Below, one piece after another: positions 52,686-63,545 of a stretch of 64,000 bases of DNA. Each line of letters opens with the position of its first letter. Positions within the stretch are counted from its first letter, which is position 1. Source of the DNA: Camelus dromedarius (Eukaryota); contig NC_087437.1 of assembly GCF_036321535.1 (NCBI RefSeq), positions 86,926,001-86,990,000 of the forward strand. The letters are read 5' to 3'. The notes under the pieces are model-generated. The model saw only the letters and a list, made by a program, of their open reading frames with translations. It was not told where the DNA came from and did no database searches. Both the position numbers and the translations under genes were made by a program.

Positions 52686-53945
52686 CTGTTTAAGGAACGG
52701 AAGAAAGAAAGGCATTATTGTAGTTAGACTTATAAAACCTTTCTGAGCAAATTTTATGATAACATTGTTAGTTTAAAAAAAATCCCCATGACATCAAACT
52801 GTGCCAAACTCAACTTATTCTGAGGTATCACTGAAACTGGCAAAGAGGCTGGAATAAGTGTTGAATAATTTAAGAAAAGAAGTTCCCCCTAAAGAAACAT
52901 AAAGAGGCACCACAATAAACTTTCTCTGCAAAAACAGAAGGAAAATGGACATTCAAGGAGGGGAATCTTAAGGTGAGAAAGATGGTTCAGAACTGAGGAG
53001 GCCCAGTAATTACAAACAGCACAGTAGTGACTAAATGCCATCACACTATCACACATTTATGATTCTACAAACAGTGCAGTAACCACCTATCTGTGACAGC
53101 GCCACATCTGACAATAAACGAAAGTTTGTGAAATACGTAGATAAGGTAGGATAGCTGCTTTAATGGTAGATAAATTAAAGGATATAGAAGGGCATGTCTT
53201 TTGTCTTCCACTATTCTGCTTTCATTAACGTTCACAATCAAAATTCCTCCCCACTACAATTAAAGATCTATTTTAAGCTGTGAGGATATGTATATATAAT
53301 ATGGGTGTAAAATGTATATACTAACATAGTATCAATTAAATGAAACCTTATTGTGTAACTTTTCAATATAGTTAAAGGTAATATAAGTATTCTTTATAAG
53401 TTTAATAATGGTGCTGAGGAGCTAAATTCCAAACAAATCATATTTATAGCTTATTAAATATGAACTTTCTTCATAGTGTATTTATATATTTAATTATTCT
53501 GAAGGTTAAAAAATTTCATGATGTTCTATAATGAAACACAGACCAAAGACACAGAATAATCATTTTGGATTTGATTTAATATTAATTAAATTCTTATTAT
53601 TTGAAAAAATAATTCATATTAGAGACAATTTGGAATGTTCACGAAACTAACTTTCTCTGAAGAAAACAAGACTTTTAAAAAGGGAATCTAAAATCTATTA
53701 AAGTATATAAACATGCTCTAACATTAAAAGACATTGTAATTTAACTCCCGCAGTATATGTACTAACATTATTGATTTTGATTTTATTTTGGTAACACTGG
53801 TAAAAAAAAATTGGTAAAATTATTTTAGCAAGGGACATGGATACTAAATGGTGATATATTTTTTCATTTATCACACTATACCACTAAAGGATTTTTTAAT
53901 TCTAAAATAATAAATAAAATCAGACATTGCCTTTTCTGCTATTGC

Positions 53946-54135
53946 TTTTTTTTTTTTTTTTACCGAAGTATAGTTGATATTCAGTGTTGTGTTAGTTTCT
54001 GGTGTACAACATAGTGATTCAGTTGTACGTATACATACATACATTTCTTTTCATATTCTTTTTCATTATAGACTATTATGAGGAATTGAATATAGGTCCC
54101 TGTGCTATGCAGTAGGATCTTGTTGTTCATCTATT
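53946..54135 (-). mobile_element. 5'-truncated L1 3' end with poly(A) (Laurasiatherian/artiodactyl type)
   Basis: T16 then gaagtatagttgat...gtttctggtgtacaacatagtgattcag...ttgaatataggtccctgtgctatgcagtagg. Confidence 0.85.
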
Positions 54136-54596
54136 ATAAGATACCACTTTTTAATGGAAGAATCTTGTTGAACACTGTGGGATTACCAGAGATTTCTTTG
54201 AGCCAGTTTTGTAGTCTGTCTGACATAGGTGTGGAGACTGGGATGACAGCAGCTGTTCTGGAGAGCCTCCAGCACAATGGACATTCGGCCAGTGAGTCCA
54301 GGATTTCAGAGTTTAGGCTAAGAAATGACTAGCTTTCTGATCTACAGGACAACTTTGTGAATGCCATGTTACATCGCATTGATGTTCCTGTGCAGCTTAG
54401 AGGTTTTGAGTGAAGAAATAAAGGTGTGAGAATAAATGGACTATAAAAGAGATATGGTAGCTGGGAGAGAGGGGAAGTAAACTCTACTTTCCCCAGCTAC
54501 TTCTACAGGTAATTTTGAGACAGCTGAATAGGAATTGGGGGGTGAGGGAGCAAATGGAGAACGCAAGAGAAGACAGGTTAGCGCCACTCCTACCTC

Positions 54597-55235
54597 TGAG
54601 ACAGGAGGGAAGGGGACAGGGCAAAACCATTACGAGAATAACACAGCAATTTGCACCAAGATGGTGGAAGATTCAACTCCCAGTGGACCTCGAGGCCCAA
54701 GGTGGCAGAAGATCTGACTTCCAGCAGACCCTAACCTTCATTATATGCTCATTGTGATATATTAGCATGGTAAATGGCACTTCCACAGGTGTCATGACAG
54801 TTCCAAGAATGATCATAAAATGTAAAAGAGTGGGTGGTGGCCCAGCTCTTGGGAATCCCCACCCCTTCCCCAAAGTAATTGGAATCATCCTCCCACTTGT
54901 TAGCATATGAAATAACTGAGCTCATAAAAACTAACAACCCCACACTTTGTGGCCTTTCTCTTGCCTTTTGAGATGGCCTGCACTCTGTCTATGGAGTATG
55001 TATCTACTTTTACTTTAAATGAAACAGCCACCTGACGCCTTGTGGCTTCTCTGGCCTTCTGAGATGGCCTACCCTTGGTCTATGAAGTGTGCATCTCTCT
55101 GAACAAATCTACTTTTACTCAACTTTGGCTCACTCTTGAATTCTTTCCTGCACAAAGCCAAGGACCCTCACTTTATGGGGACTCGCCTGGGAGCTGGGAC
55201 ATGGCCATCCTCTTGCACCCCATTTTCCTTTATCA
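54597..55235 (+). mobile_element. ERV1 solo LTR, MER41-like
   Basis: TG...CA termini with a perfect 4-bp TSD cctc (54593-54596, 55236-55239); MER41-type motifs catgacagtt, tcccacttgttagcatat and ttgaattctttcctgcacaaagccaaggaccctc. Confidence 0.85.
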
Positions 55236-56190
55236 CCTCTGCCTGGTGTTGACCCTGACACTGCTAAGGAGCAGCCACTCTCCGTCCTGAGGCAGAGAGT
55301 ATGTGATGTGAGATGACACACATATCCAGGGAGTCAACATCCACAGAAATGAGGAAATGGCAAGTATTTTGCCCCTGCTTTGGGAAAACTGTGAGTGGAG
55401 TAGCTTTTGATCTGCTTTTTCAGTTCTTCTACTTTCAATAGCGCAGCACAAAGAATCCGCTAGGCATCAGAGAAAGAAGCCCTGGACAACTTGCTATTCA
55501 GGTGCCTCGCACTGAGTGCCTGTTGTGTAGTCAGTGCCCGGGGAACAATAGAGACTATTGCCATTATTAGTATTTTCATGTTAAGAATGTTTATTCACAA
55601 ATATGAATATTATTGAGGTTTCCTGGAGATAGAATCTGGGCTCAGAAATGCCCATTTCTTTGGAGCTCACACATCGGTCTGCATGCTTCTGCTGTTACTA
55701 TAAACGTTGCTTCCTATAAAAACAGTCACTCATTAGTAAAGTGGTCCACTATAATTTATTATTATACTGAAACTATTTCTGACATTATCAGTACTAAGAC
55801 ACTTTACCCTTAAAACAAGCAAACAGATCAAGGAAAGCTATCATACTTTTTTGCTTTGGGGTAAGGAAAACACTAAAAGTAACTATAGGTTTTCTAAAAG
55901 ACGTTAGGAAAAAGTCTTCTCAGAATCTCTTTGTTTAGTCAATTTGGTTACATTTTAAAGAAGGCACATCAAATGGAAGCTAGAATACACGATCATCCAG
56001 TTTTGATTTTCCCCTAATCATAGTAAGGTCAGGAAATAGTAAGGAAAGAAAATCTAGCATTCCTTTTCAAAGAAAAAAAATAGGACCTTTAAAAATAAGA
56101 TAAAAATGAATTGTTTTTCTGGTAAACAATTACAAATGTTTTACCTTGCTGAACTTAAGGAAATCAGTTTGGGAGAGACTTACGGCAAAA

Positions 56191-56392
56191 TAGGGGTATG
56201 GGTTTAAGAGATACAAACTACTATGTATAAAACAGATAAGCAACAAGGATATATTGTGCAGCACAGAGAATTATAGCCATTATCTTGTAATAGCTTTTAA
56301 TGGCTTATAATTTGTAAAACTCCTGAATCACTATGCTGTACACCTGAAACTAATATAATATTGTAAATCAACTATACTTAAATTCAAAAAAA
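56191..56392 (+). mobile_element. 5'-truncated L1 3' end (L1MA-like)
   Basis: gagatacaaactactatgtataaaacagataagcaacaaggatatattgtgcagcacag...tgaatcactatgctgtacacctgaaactaatataatattgtaaatcaactatact plus an A-rich tail. Confidence 0.85.
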
Positions 56393-58738
56393 GGACTTTA
56401 CAAATATGATTATAAAATGAGTTGTTGGGAACAATGTCTCAAACATTCCAAATAAGCACTGGCATTAAACAGCCTTGAAAGTGTGCTTTAGAGTTACCCT
56501 CCCATACCTGTCAGCCCTAGAGAGAGAAAATGTTTTACTAAATAATCTAAAAATTCAAGTCATTCCCCAATAAAATCAATCAAATTCATTGTGATTGATT
56601 AAAATCAACTAAATTGCTTTTCTACTCACATAACATTTAGGGAAACAATACAAATACAAACACACACACATGCAGATATCTCCAAGAAAAATGACCTGTT
56701 CACTGTGGGAGCTTTGGCTGCTGATTTTTAACTGCCGCCCCCACAGGTTCCAGGAATCAGGTGATTCAGGATGCGAGGCACATAATCCCTTCACACCAAT
56801 AATTAAGGGCAACACACAGAGTAACTGGGCTGTGTCAAGAAAACCAGATAATAAACACATGCACACGTGTTAAGCTGTACTACTTTACAGCTCGTTCTGT
56901 GCAAACACAGTAATTTCCATTTCCATTTTACCAGCATGAGTTGCCCTAAGGATAGCAAAAAAGTAAAAAGGCCCAGTCAGAGAGGGCAAGGGGACAGGAT
57001 CGTAGGAGGTGAAACACATTTCTTTCCTTTTGAAGCAATATTATAGGATTTGTAACAAGGCTGGAGGGAATAGTTCATAGCTGGAGCTTTTCAAAGTAAT
57101 ACCAAATAAATGGTCTGAAATAAACCAGCTGTAGCATTAAGATGCAGAAAGTTTATGACATGCATATAAGTTACTTTATGCCCTCACAGCTAGGATAAAA
57201 CATTTCTTTTTTGTTTGGCTATCATAAGAATATTGTACATTTGAAGACAATTTAAGTTTCCACAAACTCCACCATGAAGACCAACAGCTAAAGCAGGTGG
57301 GGTGACAGAGGAACCTGCCTACAACTGGCACACAGGAATTCGTCAACGTTCCAAAGTCATGAGATTCATAAATCCTACGTAAAGAACCAAATCAGTATGT
57401 ATTGTTCTACAGACAATACTTACATCCATTGTCTGACTCAGATTAAGAGCAACGGAATCCACAGGAATGCAACTGCCCTGGCTAATTTATGCATGGTCGA
57501 CCATGACTCAGTGTTTTAGGGGATCATGAAGAAAAAGCCAGATAAACATCCTGTAATTGGCTCATGCACTCTTGTAAGACTTTTGAGTTGGCAACTTCAC
57601 TAATTGGGAATGAGATACTGATATTAGGAAGATGATACTTGGGATTGTCTGTGAATTTTTCTATGACTTCGATGAGGTAGATAAAACAAACAATACTCTC
57701 TACAAACTCTACCGCTCTGTCCACTCTACTTCAACCTATGTTTCGGAAGACTTTCTTTTCTTTCTTCAATCTATTGAATGCTTCCTGCATGGTAGCAACA
57801 GGTCATTGAGTTTTGATCTGAGTTATAACTAAAGCTATACCTTTTAGATGGAAAGCCAATGACAGATAAGAAGTATCACGTTGAACTAAACGTATTTTCA
57901 GAAAATACAAAAGTGAAGGCCAAAGAAAATCAGGCTTACAAGACTGTATTCAGTTATGCTGAAATTATTTGAGAGAATATAGGCGTGAGGAGAGCCTCTG
58001 TACAAATTTCCACGACAACATCCTGTTCCCTTCAAGGCCACTGATTAGCAATTATGACAATAAACTGAGATATAGTTTGAAAAAGCAAAACACCTGGAAT
58101 GATTTGTTTCACCAGAAGAAACAGAAAGAAAAAAAAAATGCGTCTTTATATTAGATACAAATGCTTTGTTTCTGAAAAGAGTATTTCTTTTAGAAAATAT
58201 TAAAAAAAGAGATGCCAATGGTTGGTATTAAAATAAGGGCGGAAAGTGCTGGCTTTCCTACCAGTTGGATATCATGTAACTCCAAAATAAACAGTTTATT
58301 CTAAAGGCTCTTTCCTGGTTGGTTGACAAAATGGAGTAAGGCATTCCACATAAACAGAGGTTGTTTATATTTACTTGGCAGTTAGGAAATGGAAAAGGCT
58401 CCTATTTAGATTTTAGCAAAGGACCGTTAATATAAGGAAACGGAAGATATGCTTTGCCTCTCAGCCACGCAGAGCAGACTATAGCACGTACTCCCCATCG
58501 TGTGCGTTATTTGAATATAAACCACCAGTTACCCTTCACGTTTGCTCAAGTCTGCTGAATGTGGCCACGTAACAATTACTTGATGCAGAGCCATGCATTC
58601 CCATCTCCATTTAAAATAAACTTAACCTGTTCCATTTTTGGATTCTCTTCGTCAGGGGGCAGTTATCCAGTTATAAATTATTAACTGCTAAAATTGAAAT
58701 GGCGAAAACAAAACATCAAAAATCGTTTAGAAACTTAC

Positions 58739-58803
58739 AATGCCCATTCCCAAAATGAAGTCTTTTTTCATCTGCACCATGTTTTGACTTGTAGCCACAG
58801 AAC
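58739..58803 (-). CDS. EPHA3: EPHA3 exon 9 (65 nt): (R)FCGYKSKHGADEKRLHFGNGH
   Basis: Acceptor tttacctccag|GTTCTG, donor GGCATT|gtaagt; phase 2-1. Confidence 0.96.
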
Positions 58804-59499
58804 CTGGAGGTAAATCAAAGGAAGAGAACACAGAAAGAAAATATACTTAAAACAATCATCTAAGCTCAGAATGTGCAAAACACAAAAAATAGAGCATTTC
58901 CCACAAACAATTAAATGCTTTAGTGAAAGTTTAATGACTTCAGATTTTCTAAATCCTCTATAGAAAGCCTCTTTCTCTGGGGACCCTGGAAGGCTGCCTA
59001 ATGAGGAGACATGTAGAGCTGCTTCCCCACCGTGCAGACCCCTTCAGTTCGGTTTTTATAATGGCCCTCGAAAGTGTTTATAGTATTTTTTTTTTAAACA
59101 ACTGCTGTTCGAATGAATGAAGGGTAAAGTTTCCATTGTTAGTGATTAGTGCTGTGCAGTGTTACCAGTGTTCTGGGTGAGAAAGTGTCAGAGAAATCTG
59201 GGGTGTATTTGAAGAGTGAAGGGATAATTGGAAAAAAGAAAGTAGAAACTAGGAGTGAGGTCAAAAGAGAAAAGTGGTGTGTGTTGGAGAGGGGGCGGGA
59301 ACTTAATGAAAAAAAGAAACTCAAAACGTAAGGAGCATCAAAAGAAAGGGAGGGAAATGAGAAAGATGGAGAACACAAGTGGAGACATTCTTATTTGTTA
59401 AAGTACTTTATTGACCACACTCTTCAGATTTTCATAGCAACTGAGGGGAGCATGCAAAGCAGTGCTGAAAGTAAGTCATAAAACAGACTGTGAACTCAC

Positions 59500-59602
59500 C
59501 TCCCAATCAAAACGTAGGTGACAACCGTGAGGAGGATGATTGCTACTGCCGCTGAAATGGCAATCATTACCACTTGGCTATTTTCACCAGAGATGGAGAA
59601 AG
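59500..59602 (-). CDS. EPHA3: EPHA3 exon 8 (103 nt): transmembrane helix, FSISGENSQVVMIAISAAVAIILLTVVTYVLIG(R)
   Basis: Acceptor ttttttcctcttcaacctcacag|CTTTCT, donor TGGGAG|gtgagt; hydrophobic helix; phase 1-2. Confidence 0.97.
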
Positions 59603-60142
59603 CTGTGAGGTTGAAGAGGAAAAAAGTCAGAAGAAACCAGGCATTAACACATCATAACCAACATCGAAATGGAAACACTGATAAGTTAAGTCATATTTAT
59701 TCTGCTTTTACCTGAAATATGCCTTACTGCCTGATACAAGGTAAAAAATAATTCTTCACTTAGTGTAAAAAAAATAAGATATTTTGTATAATTAACTTGA
59801 AATTTCCCATTAGTAAGATGAAACACTGTTTCACTGGCATCAATCAACACTATTGAGTGCCTATGGCGTGAAATAGGTGGACTGCTTTTCTCCATACTCA
59901 TTGGCAAGAAACCATCAGATAAAACAGAAGTTATCAGAGAAACATAGGGAATAGGTAAGATTTCCCCGAATAAAATTACACAGCCTTTCTCATTAAGCTT
60001 GTTTAGCCTCCAATATCCATATTTATCTTAGAGGTGGTGTAACACCTGTCCTGTGGACCTCAACACACATCACCATCAAATTGTTCCTGTCTCTGCATCT
60101 CCTTCCTTTATAAACAGCCCATCACTCATTCACTCTCCTATA

Positions 60143-60469
60143 CGAGGTGTTGGCAAAAATAGCCCAGGAGCCATGTCTAGCTTGCCATCAGTGTTTGTGT
60201 AGCTCAGAAGCTTAGAACAATTTACAATTTTAAATGGTTGTAAAAAGTCAAAAGATTTTGTGACATGAGAAAATTAAATAACATTCAAATTTTGGTGTCT
60301 ATAAACAAAACTGCATTGGAACACAGCCACAGTCATTCATCTGCGTATTGTCTATGGTTGCTTTTAGGAAACAATAGCCAAGCTGGGCAGGAGCAACAGA
60401 GACTACATGCACACAAAGCCTAAAATGTTTATTTTCTAGCCCCTTAAAGAAAATGTTCACTGACCCTTG
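60143..60469. mobile_element. hAT-Charlie MER58B-like element
   Basis: ggtgttggcaaa...ttggaacacagccac...tattgtctatggttgcttt...caacagagac...aaagcctaaaatgtttatt...gaaaatgttcactgaccc. Confidence 0.85.
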
Positions 60470-60477
60470 ACCTAGAC

Positions 60478-60645
60478 CAGTGCTTCTCTTAACTTTGATG
60501 TTCATACAAACCACTCGGGGATCTTCTGGACAAAGCAGTTTCTGGTTCAGGCGGTCTGGAGTGAGGACTGAGAGTGTGCATATCTTATGAGCTCCCAGTG
60601 ATGCTGTTGCCTCGGATTCCAGACCACAACATTTTGAGTAACAAA
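60478..60645. mobile_element. hAT-Charlie MER5A1-like element, directly beside MER58B
   Basis: cagtgcttctc...cactcggggatctt...tctggttcaggcggtctggagtgaggactgaga...gctcccagtgatgctgttgc...cattttgagta. Confidence 0.8.
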
Positions 60646-61386
60646 CCATTGACATAAAGTCACCTTGTCTTCTCCCTCTCCTGATTATTCTATATCCAAT
60701 TAATCACCAATTTCTTTTAAATATTTTCGTTTCCAGCTTCATTTCTCCTCTGGATTACAATTAGAAATTCCCAATTGATCACTATGTGCAGGCCTTTACA
60801 ATCTTTTACCTGGCCACCAGAGTATTCCTTCTAAGCCCTGAATCTGATTATGTCGTTCTCATGCATAAAAGTTTTGCAGGGCTCTCTATCACTTTCCGGA
60901 TAAAATACCTGGAAAGCCATTTCGGATCTGTTCTCTGCTTAAATCCTCAGCCTCATCTGCTAACAAAATCCAAAGCATTCTCATCTCTGCACTTCCTGAA
61001 ATATACGCAGTTCCTGGAACATTCCTTCTCATACACTCATATATCAACATTTATTGCTCTTGTAGTAAATGCTGACTAAACAAATGAATGAGCGAGGTAT
61101 CAAAAGAGGAGCTTAGAAGAGAGGGTTTAGTATACCATCACTTCTCTGGAAGCCAACATCCCATCTTGAACCTGATGAAAATCTAAGTTTGGAAGCTTTT
61201 CTCTAAAATAAGGCAGTTTAGGGAATAGTTAAATGATGCCAATATAGAGACATGGCAGATAGGCTGTTAGAAGTTTTCCAAGCATCTGAAAAAAAGACCT
61301 CAGAGTGAGGCAGGATGGTACACTCATAATATACACTGTGACAAGCACTTTGTTCTTTACTATCACAAAACTATTGTTCACAGCAC

Positions 61387-61788
61387 TGTGGCAGCCATGG
61401 GGGTGCCTGCTGGGATCTCCCTCCTGCCCAGCCTGCAGCGGGCAGACAGCCTCCAGCTGCTGCACCTTCAGGAGCTGCCGCGGCCGGGCTCTCCTCGAGG
61501 ACTAAACGTGGCGAGGGGCCTGGAGCCAGACCGTTTCCGCCCAGTGAGGGACTCCTTTGGGAGGAAGGGCGGTCTTCACTCTGGGGCTCCCCACTGGCTT
61601 GGCGAGCACCTCAGAGCTCTCTGAGGCTTCTCCTCCTCAACCCTTGTTCTGTCTGTCTTCAGCTCGGTCTGAAGCTCTGGCCACTTCTGCTCCTCCCCTT
61701 TTATTTTTTAATCTGTATCCACTCCCCGCCCCAAAGCTCTTGTAATTCCACTTTAGTATCTGCTTCCCGGAAGACCTGGACTGATACA
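61387..61788 (+). mobile_element. ERVL solo LTR, LTR16-like
   Basis: Starts tgtggcagccatgggggtgcctgctgggatctccc and ends tctgcttcccggaagacctggactgataca (TG...CA), matching my recall of LTR16 termini; no clear TSD. Confidence 0.75.
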
Positions 61789-62314
61789 TCCCTATCCATT
61801 GGCTATAGATCTATGAATCGTTTGTAAAATAACTTAATCTTGCAATTGAATAATGCTTCAGGAACATATAATAATTGCTCTGTCTCATGCTTTTCATTTT
61901 GCATACTGTAATAACTTGTAAAGAGCAACAAGTTCTGAATTCACTGGTAAACTTTAGCCAGTTTCAGAAATAAAGTTCAGTGAAACTGGTGGGGGGGGGG
62001 CGTGGCGATGAGGCATGATAGAATAAAGAAGAATTCTCTATTCCTTTTTCTGTTCAAGACAGGATTAAACTAGACTTCTCTACAATTTCCTCTAGCTCTA
62101 AATATCTATGAATCCCAGAGATGACCTAAAAACACATGACCACATCACACCATTTTTGTTACTGAAATTGGCAAACCATTGAATAAATAGTATTGATTAA
62201 ATGTGTTATAGAGTTGTCTTATAATTTTACCTAGCATACTGTCAAAAATTGGTATCAATTTGAAATTCTTTGGATGTTCAAATTATGTACTATTTATTTA
62301 AACACAAAACACAC

Positions 62315-62530
62315 AGCATGAGTGCCCACTATACTACTATGCCAGGTAATATTTTAAGCACTTTACAAACAACACTTAATTCAAGCAACAGAAAACCCTA
62401 TTGAGTAATGCACAATGATCTTCCCCAATTTCCAGACAGGGAAACTGAGGCATTGAAAATTGAAGTGGCTTGTCAAGGTCATTCTTATACATGTCAGTTT
62501 ACTCCAGAGTCCTTCCTCTTAACACCTACG
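62315..62530 (-). mobile_element. MIR SINE
   Basis: ctatgccaggtaatattttaagcactttaca...ccccaatttccagacagggaaactgaggca...gtggcttgtcaaggtca. Confidence 0.8.
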
Positions 62531-62682
62531 TTGTGCCTGCCTTTCTTGGGCTTTGGACTCAGTTTCTACCCACTGAGGGTTTCCAGACAGTTGGACTGTC
62601 TGCTTTCCCAAACATGCCAGTTAGATAAGTGGGGGCACCAGGCAAATAAGGTGGAGGAGAGGGAGGAAGTTCTGGAAGACGG

Positions 62683-63124
62683 TGTTATGCCTGTCTCCAG
62701 CATGAAGGGGGTTTACTTCTTCTGAATGACTGCCAGTAAGAAACTGGTAAGAACCTGACAGTCATGACCGCACAGTAGCAAAAAAAACTTAACTGGACAT
62801 GACCCAGTGCTCACTGTAACACAATTAACATTGTGGTTTAGCCCCACATGGGTTTTTCTGTGTATACCATGGGAAAGGACATGTGCAAAGGAAACAATCA
62901 TGACTAGGTTTTCTAGGGGCAAGAGCCATCAATCAATCAAAAGACCACCTCTCAGCGAGGGTATAAGAGAAAAGGCAAAACAGAGAGCACCGCTCTTCCC
63001 CCCTTGGAGCAGCCCGCTTTCCCTTTTCTAAATAAATCTAAAATCTTTCACTACAAACCGTCTCCTGACTAAAACTTATTTTTTGGGTATGACAAGAACT
63101 GAGGTCTTTACCTTTGGGGTAACA
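62683..63124 (+). mobile_element. Probable solo LTR (ERV1-like, family not recognised)
   Basis: tgtta...taaca inverted termini; TATA-like gtataaga at 62961; aataaa at 63031; no TSD found, so the 5' boundary is uncertain. Confidence 0.55.
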
Positions 63125-63439
63125 ATATCATCTGGACTCTTGCTTTAGTGGATATTGTGTTTGTTCTAGGAAAGTTCTTCTACTTTTATACAGCCCATGC
63201 TTTCTGTGGGTCTTAGCATGACTTTTTTTTTAAATGTATAAGAGCGGCACTGGATCAGTCCTCCAAAACCTGGAGGTTCTAGGTCCACTGACTCCACTGA
63301 ACATCTATGCAATCTCAGAAAAAACACATAAATTCTGTGTCCTAGACCATGACCAAAAGTATATAATAGTATCTGGACAGCTTATAGAGCAAAATCAAAT
63401 GAAATATTTATGAGAATATTTATACTGTCACAAAAATAC

Positions 63440-63545
63440 ATGGGTTCTGGAATCAGACCCATCATTTACCAGTTGTGTAACTTTAGAAATCTACCTAATC
63501 TCTCGATGCCTCTGTTTCCTCTTCTGTAAAATGATAATAAATTTA
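63440..63545 (+). mobile_element. MIR SINE fragment
   Basis: ggttctggaatcagac...catttaccagttgtgtaacttt...gcctctgtttcctcttctgtaaaatg. Confidence 0.75.

Noticed and set aside
61988..62008. G-run as a G-quadruplex
   Set aside because: A single homopolymer tract, error-prone in assemblies, without separate G-tracts.
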